From positions 15,500 through 79,499 of IMG/VR virus record IMGVR_UViG_3300046010_009647: DNA of 64,000 bases; one strand, given 5' to 3'. Below are positions 54,884-63,546 of this stretch, piece after piece (positions within the stretch are counted from its first letter, which is position 1; each line of letters starts with the position of its first letter). This DNA is from a virus. A program made the position numbers and the translations under genes. Under the pieces are notes generated by a model that was not told the origin of the DNA, made no database searches, and saw only the letters and a list, made by a program, of their open reading frames with translations.

Positions 54884-54913
54884 CCTGGGCATCTCTAAAG
54901 TGTAAGTCCCTGG
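54884..54913 (+). ncRNA. Family A bulged-stem RNA motif
   Basis: CCTGGG-CA-T-CT-CTAA-AG-TG-TAAGT-CCCTGG. Confidence 0.7.
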
Positions 54914-54940
54914 CTAACAACTTACCTCCAACTCAACATC

Positions 54941-55303
54941 ATGCAATTCTTTGCTGCTTTCAAGTCCATCATCCCTGAGTTCCATGCTTATGCAGATGAG
55001 GACAAGCGTTACAACATTGGTGCTACCTGGACCGACAACGAAGGTCTGCGTGACTACCACAACCTTGAAATGCGGTACGTCCGTAACTCTGAGAAGCTTG
55101 CGCTCCAGGGTGAGCCACAGCCCGATGGCTCATGGAAATACGTCGAACCCAATGGCAGCGTCCATGTGATCTCAGCAGAACGAGCACGGCACTTCATGGA
55201 GACCACGCAAGCCCATGCCACCATGATGTGTGGAATGCTTGAGCGCCTCAAGGATGCTGGTCTCTATGACAAGTTCATTGACACCGACGCAAATCCTGCC
55301 TAA
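54941..55303 (+). CDS. Hypothetical protein
   Basis: ORF with strong codon bias. Confidence 0.65.
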   Translation: MQFFAAFKSIIPEFHAYADEDKRYNIGATWTDNEGLRDYHNLEMRYVRNSEKLALQGEPQPDGSWKYVEPNGSVHVISAERARHFMETTQAHATMMCGMLERLKDAGLYDKFIDTDANPA

Positions 55304-55306
55304 GGT
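55278..55306 (+). promoter_or_regulatory. Sigma70-type promoter
   Basis: TTGACA-N17-TAAGGT. Confidence 0.55.
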
Positions 55307-55321
55307 ACTAGCGGAATGTTC

Positions 55322-55346
55322 GGCCCCTGCGCAAGCGGGGGTCTTT
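55322..55346 (+). terminator. GC hairpin, probable terminator
   Basis: GGCCCCTGC-GCAA-GCGGGGGTC-TTT. Confidence 0.65.
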
Positions 55347-55350
55347 CTCT

Positions 55351-55671
55351 ATGACACACGACTCCATTGATCTCGACCTTGTCGACAAGACCGTTGCATT
55401 AATACCAGATCATGCTTGGACTCAAGTGAGACAAGCAATTGTTACAGCCTTAGTTGATAACATGCCTGGCTCCGTGATCCAACATCTGACTGGTTCTTAT
55501 GATGACTTTGATCGTGCAGAAAAAATTCTGTACGATTACTACGAACTTCCTGCACTGTCGCATGAACTGATTGCAGATGCATTCAAGATCATGGGCGAAG
55601 TCAATTGTTTTGAACTACTTCATTCATTGAACCTTACCGAAGATGAATTGCAGGCAATGCAACAGCAGTAA
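55351..55671 (+). CDS. Hypothetical protein
   Basis: ORF track. Confidence 0.6.
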   Translation: MTHDSIDLDLVDKTVALIPDHAWTQVRQAIVTALVDNMPGSVIQHLTGSYDDFDRAEKILYDYYELPALSHELIADAFKIMGEVNCFELLHSLNLTEDELQAMQQQ

Positions 55672-55978
55672 CACACGCGTTACTTGTACTGAACATCTGG
55701 GATCTGATGTAACCAAACGTTATTGTCGTTGTCTTGATTGTGGTTGCAAGTTCCGTACTGTTGAACGGTATGAAGTTGCTAAACCAATTCCATTGAAAGC
55801 CTACAAACCTATTGGTACCAGGAATGGAAACTCTTTCTTGACTGACAATGATGTGTTGATGATTCGTCATCTACATCAGAAAGGATTGAGCAACGGTCAA
55901 ATAGCAATACGCTATGACACTGCTCGCAGTACAATCTCACGTATTGTCAACTACAAAACTTACACCAACATCAAATGA
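55643..55978 (+). CDS. Zn-ribbon (NrdR/Ogr-like) plus HTH regulator
   Basis: CRQCNS...RYCRCLDCGCKFRTVE; LSNGQIAIRYDTARSTISRIV. Confidence 0.75.
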   Translation: MNCRQCNSSNTRVTCTEHLGSDVTKRYCRCLDCGCKFRTVERYEVAKPIPLKAYKPIGTRNGNSFLTDNDVLMIRHLHQKGLSNGQIAIRYDTARSTISRIVNYKTYTNIK

Positions 55979-56340
55979 CACAACAACACCCCATCACCCC
56001 ACCGCCAGAGCTGATAAAGCAGTGGTACATGGAGGCTACTGGCCCGGACTACGAGGGAGAGATCGCTCGCCGCGCTGCTCAATGGGGCGCCGACCAGGAG
56101 CTAGAGGCTTGCCGCATGGAGATCATTGATGGAGCAGGACTTTTTTACATCGACGAAACCAGTGACCGTGTTCGTTTAACCGAAGACATCTGGACTGCCC
56201 GCCGCCCCAAGCCGCCGAGCTTGAAGGAGCAGGCGTTACAAGCACTTGCTGAAGCCGACGTTGGTCTAACAGAATTGGAGTGGCCTCAATGTTCCGACAC
56301 CATCCGCCGCGCTCTTGAACAACTTCCCGACAACAACTAA
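55975..56340 (+). CDS. Conserved phage hypothetical protein, GC-richer
   Basis: HPITPPPEL..AAQWGADQELEAC..RPKPPSLKEQAL..IRRALEQLPD. Confidence 0.7.
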   Translation: MTQQHPITPPPELIKQWYMEATGPDYEGEIARRAAQWGADQELEACRMEIIDGAGLFYIDETSDRVRLTEDIWTARRPKPPSLKEQALQALAEADVGLTELEWPQCSDTIRRALEQLPDNN

Positions 56341-56348
56341 TTACTACA

Positions 56349-56648
56349 ATGACAACCAAGCGACAATTTGATTACAAGATTGGTGACCGTGTTGCTGAAC
56401 GTCCCAAACCCCATGGGATCTACACAAACAACCAACAAACAAGAGAACGCATCTCTCAGTACAGGAGCCAGCGGTATGGTGAAGTGGTTGGTATTAATTA
56501 CAAGAACAACTCACGTGGTGCTACCCAAAAGTTCTTGCTTGTTCGTTGGGATCATTTACCTAGCCCAACTGAACATGCCACTGCACGCATCTGTCCTGTG
56601 TCAGCACTAGAACGTCTGACCAAAGAAGTCCTTGTCCCTGGTGAATGA
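56349..56648 (+). CDS. SH3-like hypothetical protein
   Basis: YKIGDRV..GEVV..LVRWD. Confidence 0.6.
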   Translation: MTTKRQFDYKIGDRVAERPKPHGIYTNNQQTRERISQYRSQRYGEVVGINYKNNSRGATQKFLLVRWDHLPSPTEHATARICPVSALERLTKEVLVPGE

Positions 56649-56649
56649 C

Positions 56650-56859
56650 ATGACTGAAAACCAAATTCATTTCATACGTGGTTGCTGTACAACAATCCTT
56701 ATGTTTGCAGGGATTGGTTTATTAGCTGCAATTTTTTTGTCACCTGATGAACCTGTAGACAAAGCGAAGTTTGAAGTCATTGATCAGTACGAAGGTTGTT
56801 CAGTAATCCGTTACACTGATCCCACATCTCGCTGGCATTACTTCCTTAAGTGCTCATGA
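56650..56859 (+). CDS. Small membrane-anchored protein
   Basis: TM helix, FEVIDQYEGC.VIRY..YFLKC. Confidence 0.6.
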   Translation: MTENQIHFIRGCCTTILMFAGIGLLAAIFLSPDEPVDKAKFEVIDQYEGCSVIRYTDPTSRWHYFLKCS

Positions 56860-57509
56860 ACGTACAACTTGTTTGGGCAACGCCCAATGCAGAGGAGATG
56901 ATCACGCGCATGGCACGCGTCTCTGCGCCCAAGAATCAAGACAACATGGATACCGCACCTAAGTTGTTGCGTTATCTGATTAAACATCAGCACTGGTCAC
57001 CTTACGAGATGGCCAACATGTGTGTTGAAATCAACACAACACGTGCAATCTCACCGCAGATCCTTAGGCATCGTTCATTCAGCTTCCAGGAATTCAGTCA
57101 GCGTTATGCTGATGTCTCTGATGTAGGCAGCATCATACTGCCGCATCTACGTAGTCAAGACTACAAGAACAGACAGAACTCCAACGATGATCTAAAGGAA
57201 CGCTTGGGTGGTGAGAAGCTTGCTCACTACTACAGACGGATGTCTACAATCTTGGAAGACTCCAAGCATTTGTACCAAGAGATGATCAGTGAGGGTATCG
57301 CAAAAGAGTCAGCGCGTTTTGTGTTGCCTCTTGCTGCACCAACCCGTTTGTATATGAATGGCACTATCAGATCTTGGATCCATTACCTACAACTGAGGAC
57401 TCATGAATCAACCCAACTCGAACACAGAGAAATTGCAGAAGCAATCAAAGGAATCTTCTGCAAAGAATTCCCAATCATCGGAGAGGCTGTATTCTCAACA
57501 GATCAATGA
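56856..57509 (+). CDS. thyX: FAD-dependent thymidylate synthase
   Basis: HWSPYE, QILRHRSFSFQEFSQRY (RHRX7S), KESARFVLP, TQLEHR. Confidence 0.97.
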   Translation: MNVQLVWATPNAEEMITRMARVSAPKNQDNMDTAPKLLRYLIKHQHWSPYEMANMCVEINTTRAISPQILRHRSFSFQEFSQRYADVSDVGSIILPHLRSQDYKNRQNSNDDLKERLGGEKLAHYYRRMSTILEDSKHLYQEMISEGIAKESARFVLPLAAPTRLYMNGTIRSWIHYLQLRTHESTQLEHREIAEAIKGIFCKEFPIIGEAVFSTDQ

Positions 57510-57621
57510 TCTGATTGAGAGGTATAAAAAACCAGAGCAAGCACGCCAGTTTCTTATGGAAGCTGGCATCATTGATGAGAATGGAGACCTCATGCCTCCA
57601 TATCAAAACACCTCAACCTAA

Positions 57622-57738
57622 TTAAAAGGTTGCAGCACTTTGCTTCTTCAGTTCCGTGACGGCATGCTTGGACTCTATATCTTTGCGTGCCAGTTTTTTC
57701 CGTTTGTCCACCAAGTAAACGATCAGTGCTTTGTTCAT
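57622..57738 (-). CDS. Small basic peptide, 38 aa
   Basis: MNKALIVYLVDKRKKLARKDIESKHAVTELKKQSAATF, ATGA-coupled to the DUF4278 gene. Confidence 0.5.
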   Translation of the reverse strand: MNKALIVYLVDKRKKLARKDIESKHAVTELKKQSAATF

Positions 57739-57887
57739 TTGACTTGTCCTCCAGTGACGTAAGGAAAGTAGCAGATGCTACGGTAGGTCAGGCAAAGCCA
57801 TGGACGGTGTGCTAAGTTCCACCATGCCTTGTCTGCCTTAGCCTGATCCTCTTGGTTGTATTTGCAACCACGATACGTTAACGTCAT
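57735..57887 (-). CDS. DUF4278-like protein, 50 aa
   Basis: MTLTYRGCKY...LTYRSICY (two LTYR units). Confidence 0.75.
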   Translation of the reverse strand: MTLTYRGCKYNQEDQAKADKAWWNLAHRPWLCLTYRSICYFPYVTGGQVK

Positions 57888-57894
57888 GGCTTTG

Positions 57895-57908
57895 GTATCT
57901 ATTGATAC
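57895..57908. promoter_or_regulatory. NtcA-like box between the -10 and the DUF4278 start
   Basis: GTA-TCTATTGA-TAC; TATAGT -10 on the minus strand at 57914-57919. Confidence 0.55.
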
Positions 57909-57961
57909 GGAAACTATATGACGATTGATGTATATGATGTAGTTCACCATGTAACATAACT

Positions 57962-58153
57962 ATGATTTCTATTTCAGAAACCTGCAAAGAGTTCAACAAA
58001 GCAATGGGTATCAAAGGAAGGTTTTTCCTTTTTGTCCTTGGTTTTGTTGGGCTATTGTTTCCTGGTTGGGTAGCCTACGTTGTTCTTTCTGGGCTTGCTA
58101 AATGTACAGAAGATAAAAATATGTATGCACTTTTAAAACAACTTACAGACTAA
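57962..58153 (+). CDS. Small membrane protein
   Basis: Hydrophobic segment. Confidence 0.5.
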   Translation: MISISETCKEFNKAMGIKGRFFLFVLGFVGLLFPGWVAYVVLSGLAKCTEDKNMYALLKQLTD

Positions 58154-58155
58154 CA

Positions 58156-58344
58156 ATGTCTTTTCTTTTGGCTCGTGTCACAGATGAATCTGATCTTCCA
58201 GATGATTACTATTCATTTGTCCAACAGTTTACATACTGGCAAGGAAGCTACGCTTCTCAACTTGATACGGAATCATTGATGATCTTGCTATGGCAAATGG
58301 ACAAACGTATTAAAGAGCTTGAGGCAAATCAAAGTAATCTGTAA
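58156..58344 (+). CDS. Hypothetical protein
   Basis: ORF track. Confidence 0.5.
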   Translation: MSFLLARVTDESDLPDDYYSFVQQFTYWQGSYASQLDTESLMILLWQMDKRIKELEANQSNL

Positions 58345-58640
58345 TGAAAGGATTTAGTTCCACCAAGCAACACACACGTTCATCTAGTTATTGGGTTGCT
58401 TCCTACACCAAAGACAATCAGGATGAGCCGCTTGGCATACACAAGAAAGTCTTGTCCTATAAACCAGGGCAAGATAAAGAAGTCTTGATGACAAACTATT
58501 GCAACTCCATCATGAAGATCAACAGAAACATATGGGAGATCTTGGTGCACCAAGGTCCATCTGAGGTCCCAGACTCAGGTGATCAAATCGTGATTCGTTT
58601 ATCACGCGAACCTTTCAAAGGCTGTAGTCAACTGCAATAA
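58344..58640 (+). CDS. Hypothetical protein
   Basis: ORF track. Confidence 0.55.
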   Translation: MKGFSSTKQHTRSSSYWVASYTKDNQDEPLGIHKKVLSYKPGQDKEVLMTNYCNSIMKINRNIWEILVHQGPSEVPDSGDQIVIRLSREPFKGCSQLQ

Positions 58641-58656
58641 TTCTGAACGGGAAGAT

Positions 58657-58684
58657 GGACCTGAGCATGTCCTAAAACTACTCA
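58657..58684 (+). ncRNA. Family B H-type pseudoknot
   Basis: GGAC-CTGAGCAT-GTCC-TAAAAC-TACTCA. Confidence 0.65.
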
Positions 58685-58719
58685 TCAGTTTTTCTTATCA
58701 TTCAACTCAACTCAACACC

Positions 58720-59496
58720 ATGAAACTCCTCAAATTCTCCACAGGTAACGGCAAGCTCAAGAACCGTCTGATCTTTAACATCCCAGCGGGCTATGCATGT
58801 CCACACGCTGGTGTCTGTAAGACCATGGCTGATCGTGTCACTGGCAAGATCATGGACTTACCTCAGTTCACTGGCACAGAAGCAGATGAGTATCGTTGCT
58901 TTGCTGCCATGGCAGAGACCAGGCCGACCGTACGTGAAGCTCGTTGGCACAACTGGGATCTGTTGCGTGAGACCATGCATATGAATGGGAATCAAGCCAT
59001 GCTTTTGCGTGATCTGATCGACCTATCACTCTCGATGCAGCCATCAAAGAAGCTGCTTCGGATCCATGAGTCAGGCGATTTCTGGACTGAAAACTACATG
59101 CGTGCTTGGATCATGGTCGCACAAGAGCGTCCTAAGCAAACGTTCTACGCGTACACCAAGTCGCTTGGTATGTGGCTGAACCTCAAGGACATCATCCCAT
59201 CTAACTTCTATCTCACTGCATCGCAAGGTGGGACACTCGATTACCTGATCCCCAAGTATCCTGAGGTGTTTCAGCGCATTGCTTATGTGGTCTACACAGA
59301 AGAGGAAGCGCAAGAGCGTGGGCTAGAGATTGATCACTCAGATGAGCTATGCTTAGGCACCAAGCCTTTTGCTCTTTTAGTTCATGGCTCACAGCGAGCA
59401 GGATCAGAAGCAAGTAAAGCACTCAGCAAACGAAAGAAAGAAGGAGGCTTTATCGGATACGGAAAGTCAAATAAAACCTTGCATCAAATGCGGTAG
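58720..59496 (+). CDS. GP88-family protein (radical-SAM-like Cys cluster)
   Basis: GNGKL..FNIPAG.ACP.AG.C...CFA, RIHESGDF, FYAYTKS. Confidence 0.75.
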   Translation: MKLLKFSTGNGKLKNRLIFNIPAGYACPHAGVCKTMADRVTGKIMDLPQFTGTEADEYRCFAAMAETRPTVREARWHNWDLLRETMHMNGNQAMLLRDLIDLSLSMQPSKKLLRIHESGDFWTENYMRAWIMVAQERPKQTFYAYTKSLGMWLNLKDIIPSNFYLTASQGGTLDYLIPKYPEVFQRIAYVVYTEEEAQERGLEIDHSDELCLGTKPFALLVHGSQRAGSEASKALSKRKKEGGFIGYGKSNKTLHQMR

Positions 59497-59899
59497 TATC
59501 CGACGTTATCCGCCACGCCCTGGTACAAAAACTGGGGCGTGTATTGATTGCGCCAATGCAAGGAATAAAAGATGGGAAGACAAAAATAAAGAACGTGTTA
59601 AAGAAGTGCAACTTTCATATAAGATGCGCAATCTTGAAACATGGAAAGAATCTAAACGTAAGTCAGTTGCAAAAGAAAGAAAAAATAATCCAGAAAAAAC
59701 AAACGCACGCAAACAAGTGAGGGACGCCATAAAAAAAGGGATTCTTTTACCTGTATCACAATGTGCTTGTAAAGACTGCGGTACAACAGCCTGTGACTAC
59801 CATCATGAAAATTACCTATTACCTTTAGAAGTTGTTCCTTTGTGTCGTTATTGTCACATTAAAAGACACAAGACTTGCGGATCAAGTGAAATCGGATAG
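59384..59899 (+). CDS. HNH-like endonuclease with Zn fingers; start uncertain
   Basis: CIKC, CIDC, CKDCG...HHENY..PLEV..LCRYCHIKRH; AT-rich. Confidence 0.7.
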   Translation: MAHSEQDQKQVKHSANERKKEALSDTESQIKPCIKCGSIRRYPPRPGTKTGACIDCANARNKRWEDKNKERVKEVQLSYKMRNLETWKESKRKSVAKERKNNPEKTNARKQVRDAIKKGILLPVSQCACKDCGTTACDYHHENYLLPLEVVPLCRYCHIKRHKTCGSSEIG

Positions 59900-59925
59900 T
59901 ATGCATCCGTCTTTCATTTGATCCC

Positions 59926-60159
59926 ATGAGTTACGTCATTGCTTGCTGGCGGTGGGGCACACCACATGCCATCACCGCTAACGGTGAAGCCAATCAATTT
60001 GAACTCATTCCACTAGACTCTGATGTAGCTTTGAACAAGATCTTTTCCCATCCTTATCGGGCAGGGGCACAACAGATCTTGACTTGGATTAACGACAACG
60101 ATGAAGACCTTGCCTGTAAAGAACTCTCAATTCAAGATGAATCCAGGTTCCGTAAATGA
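59926..60159 (+). CDS. Hypothetical protein
   Basis: ORF track. Confidence 0.55.
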   Translation: MSYVIACWRWGTPHAITANGEANQFELIPLDSDVALNKIFSHPYRAGAQQILTWINDNDEDLACKELSIQDESRFRK

Positions 60160-61960
60160 TCGGTACCTTGTCTTTGACCTCGAGAGTGATGGTCTTTATG
60201 ACAAGGTTACCAAGATCCATTGCATTGTGATCTATGACATCACAGCCAACCAAACTTTTAGTTATGGGCCTGATCGCATTACTGATGCTATTGCTCATCT
60301 GGCAACCGCTGATGTTTTGATAGGCCATAACATTTGTTTTTATGACGTACCAGTTCTGCAAAAGCTGCATTCATTTGACTGCAAATCACGCATCATTGAC
60401 ACACTCATTTGCACACGATTGATCTGGCCCAAGGAGAAACTCTATGACCTTGACATCGAACAATATCCGCAGGTTCCACCGAACCAGCGAGGTGCTGCAT
60501 CCCTTAAGGCATGGGGATGGAGACTGGCCGATCACAAGATCAGCTTCAAAGACTTCTCGGAATATTCTGAGGAGATGTTGGAATACTGCAAACAAGACGT
60601 TGCAGTTACAACAAAACTCTGGGCGCACATCGTTAAAGAGAACTATCCAGAACCAGCTCTTAAGCTTGAGCACGACTTTGCTCTCGCCATTAACAAACAA
60701 ATTAGAGCAGGTGTTCCTTTTGATGTGGATGCATGTCTTGATCTTGTGGATGATCTCCGAGCAAAACAAACAGAACTTGAAACACATTTGAAAGAAATCT
60801 TTCCACCACTTGCGCATCGCACTTGGTTTACTCCCAAGGTCAACAATCAGAAACGTGGCTATGTCAAAGGAGTGCCCTTTGAAAAAGTGCGGCATGAAGA
60901 ATTCAATCCTGGATCTCGTGACCAGATTGTTAATCGACTTAAGGCTAAGTACGGATGGGAACCAGAAAAGACAACTGAAAAAGGAAATCCAATCCTTAAT
61001 GATGAAGTGTTAGAGGCGTTGCCTTATCCAGAAGCCAAGCCTCTGGCAGAATACATGCTCATCCAGAAACGTCTTGGTCAAATTGCAGATGGCAACAACG
61101 CTTGGCTCAAGCTGGTTAATAATGACAGCGGTTGTATGCACGGTGACGTTATTACTAACGGCTGCGTCACTGGTCGTTGTGCTCACCGATACCCAAATAT
61201 GGGTCAGGTGCCAGCGGGTTATTCGCCATACGGCAAAGAATGTCGGTCATTATTTCATGCGCCACAAGGATGGGACATGATCGGTATTGATGCCAAAGCA
61301 TTGGAGCTGCGTTGTCTTGCTGGCTATCTTGCCTTGTGGGATGGCGGTGAGTACGCACGTGTTGTAACAGATCCAGAGATTGATATCCACGTTTACAACC
61401 AAGAGCGTTTTGGTGTGGCTACCAGGGACATCAGCAAGCGTTTGCTGTATGCCGTGTTGTATGGCGCTGGTCACCTCAAGGCTGGCAGCATTGTGGATCC
61501 GAATGAAAAAGATGAAGAAGTTCTGCGTGAACTAGGAAGAACTGCAATTAATTCATTCATGACTGGTGTGCCAGCATTGAAGAAACTAAAGCAACAGATC
61601 GACAGTTACATTGCACATCGTGGCTATCTCATTGGATTAGATAAGCGCATCTTGTATTGTCGTTCTGCATTCAAGGGATTGAATGTGTTGTTGCAATCAG
61701 CAGGTGCAATTCTTATGAAGCAAGTTGTTATTAACATTCATAACAACATTGAACAGAACCTTGGCTTGATTCACGGCAAAGACTGGGAGCAAGTCCTGAT
61801 GGTGCACGACGAATGCCAGTTGGTTTGTAAGCCGCAATACACAGGGCGTATCCGTGACCAAGCCATGGCAGCTTTTCCACAGGCACAGAAATTCTTTGGC
61901 TTCTTGTGTCCGCTTGAGGGGGATGCTAGAGTTGGGTCGAATTGGAACGAAACCCATTAA
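60137..61960 (+). CDS. polA: T7-like family A DNA polymerase with 3'-5' exonuclease
   Basis: Exo FDLESD, GHNI..YD, YCKQD; motif A DAKALELR, motif B KRLLYAVLYG (Tyr at the 762-equivalent), motif C VHDE. Confidence 0.97.
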   Translation: MNPGSVNDRYLVFDLESDGLYDKVTKIHCIVIYDITANQTFSYGPDRITDAIAHLATADVLIGHNICFYDVPVLQKLHSFDCKSRIIDTLICTRLIWPKEKLYDLDIEQYPQVPPNQRGAASLKAWGWRLADHKISFKDFSEYSEEMLEYCKQDVAVTTKLWAHIVKENYPEPALKLEHDFALAINKQIRAGVPFDVDACLDLVDDLRAKQTELETHLKEIFPPLAHRTWFTPKVNNQKRGYVKGVPFEKVRHEEFNPGSRDQIVNRLKAKYGWEPEKTTEKGNPILNDEVLEALPYPEAKPLAEYMLIQKRLGQIADGNNAWLKLVNNDSGCMHGDVITNGCVTGRCAHRYPNMGQVPAGYSPYGKECRSLFHAPQGWDMIGIDAKALELRCLAGYLALWDGGEYARVVTDPEIDIHVYNQERFGVATRDISKRLLYAVLYGAGHLKAGSIVDPNEKDEEVLRELGRTAINSFMTGVPALKKLKQQIDSYIAHRGYLIGLDKRILYCRSAFKGLNVLLQSAGAILMKQVVINIHNNIEQNLGLIHGKDWEQVLMVHDECQLVCKPQYTGRIRDQAMAAFPQAQKFFGFLCPLEGDARVGSNWNETH

Positions 61961-62439
61961 TGACAACGGAAGAAGCTCAAGAATTATTTGAGTACAAAAA
62001 CGGATTTTTGTATTGGAAAAAATCTGGCAGTGGAAGAAAATTAAATAAACCAGTTGGCTGTATAGATACTAAAGGTTATGCTGTTTGCAGGGTAAAAAAT
62101 AAACAATGGAAATTGCACCGTCTTATTTGGGTTTGGCATGGAAACGAATTAGATTCTAATAAACAAATTGATCACATTGATCGTAATCCATTAAATAATA
62201 AAATAGAAAATTTGCGTTTAGTAACTCCTTTAGAGAATCGCCAAAACAATGGTGGAAAATTTGTTAAATTAAAAAAGAAAGACAGATGGCAATGGTGGGA
62301 AGCGTATACTCCAAGAACTGGAAACAAGCCTGCAAAAACTATCGGTTGTTATAAAACCAAAAAAGAAGCTGAAGAAGCTGTGAGGCTTTACTTTGAAGGC
62401 GACTCTCGTGTAGGATCCTCATGGGCTGAAACCCACTAA
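61960..62439 (+). mobile_element. HNH(-AP2-like) homing endonuclease fused to a duplicated polA C-terminus
   Basis: LHRLIW..IDHIDRNPLNNKIENLR; ends EGDSRVGSSWAETH, like polA EGDARVGSNWNETH; AT-rich. Confidence 0.9.
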
Positions 62440-62445
62440 GTAAAA

Positions 62446-62473
62446 CGTCCTAAGCATGACGTTAAACTGCTTT
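62446..62473 (+). ncRNA. Family B H-type pseudoknot
   Basis: CGTC-CTAAGCAT-GACG-TTAAAC-TGCTTT. Confidence 0.7.
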
Positions 62474-62493
62474 AACACTTCACATCTGATCTC

Positions 62494-63312
62494 ATGAATT
62501 ACGTTGACGTTTGCGCCATCCTTAACGAGAATCCTCGTGAGGTATACACCAGTGCAACTTCATCTAATCTCTGTGCGGAAGTAATGCTTCCGCCTGTTGG
62601 CAACAAAGCTCCCACACTTCTAACCTTCCATGTTTACGGGAAAGCCTGCGACCGATTTAAAGACTTTTCCAAAGGAAGCCGTATCTACATTCACGGCGCC
62701 AAGTTACGGTTTGATCTGGAATCAAAGGCGTACTCGCTCCATGGAGGAGTTATTGCTCAAGTTACTGAAGCATTCCCTGTCCTCAACGACGTCATCTTGA
62801 CGGGACGTTGCATCAAAGACATTGATCAAACTGATGCACGTGCCTTCAAGACAACAGCAGATGGCTTGATGATTGCCAATCAAACAATCTCTGTTAACAC
62901 TGGTCGTAACCAAGCTGATCTGTTTAACTTCTATGCAATTAACACGGCACAAGATAAGTTAAACCAAGCTGAACTTCTGGTTAATTTCACGCGTAAAGGA
63001 ACAGGCATCACCATCCGTGGTCGTCTGGTTACCGACGCATGGACGGACAAGGACTCCCAGCAGCGTCGTAGCATCACCAAGATTCAGTTGGTGCAGATGA
63101 CACTGGCTCCTAAGAGCGGTGAGTCTCAACCAAAATCTGTGGCATCCCAGACAACCGTGGCATCCACCGATAACGTTGCTAGCCTATGGGGAGGCAAGAC
63201 CGCTGAAGAACCAGTCGATCCTTGGACCCAAGCCTCAGGTGGTGGCCTGCCTGATCTCCCTGGTCAGTATGGCAGCGCACCTAACTTTGACGACAACGAA
63301 CCTCCATTCTGA
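62494..63312 (+). CDS. ssb: Single-stranded DNA-binding protein with two OB folds
   Basis: NDVILTGR..KG..ITIRGRL..WTDKD.Q.RS; N-terminal second OB-like unit; acidic tail DDNEPPF. Confidence 0.85.
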   Translation: MNYVDVCAILNENPREVYTSATSSNLCAEVMLPPVGNKAPTLLTFHVYGKACDRFKDFSKGSRIYIHGAKLRFDLESKAYSLHGGVIAQVTEAFPVLNDVILTGRCIKDIDQTDARAFKTTADGLMIANQTISVNTGRNQADLFNFYAINTAQDKLNQAELLVNFTRKGTGITIRGRLVTDAWTDKDSQQRRSITKIQLVQMTLAPKSGESQPKSVASQTTVASTDNVASLWGGKTAEEPVDPWTQASGGGLPDLPGQYGSAPNFDDNEPPF

Positions 63313-63315
63313 TTC

Positions 63316-63546
63316 ATGCCTCTTCAACTTGATCTTAAAGAACAAGATCTTCTTTCTTTAGAAGACGCTATTGCGTACGAGTTTTTCATGGACAGTGCAT
63401 ACAAAATTATGCACAGTGCCAATGAAAAAGATTTTGACATTGTTGAGCAAGTTGCAAAACTTGCTACAGCCTCCTATCTAATTGCGCACATTTTTTGCGA
63501 AGCACGTTTAGCTAACTCACAACAAACCAATGACACCGACGCATGA
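63316..63546 (+). CDS. Hypothetical protein
   Basis: ORF track. Confidence 0.55.
   Translation: MPLQLDLKEQDLLSLEDAIAYEFFMDSAYKIMHSANEKDFDIVEQVAKLATASYLIAHIFCEARLANSQQTNDTDA

Noticed and set aside
61916-62439. Group I intron in polA
   Set aside because: No non-coding space for a ribozyme core; polA is complete with its own stop
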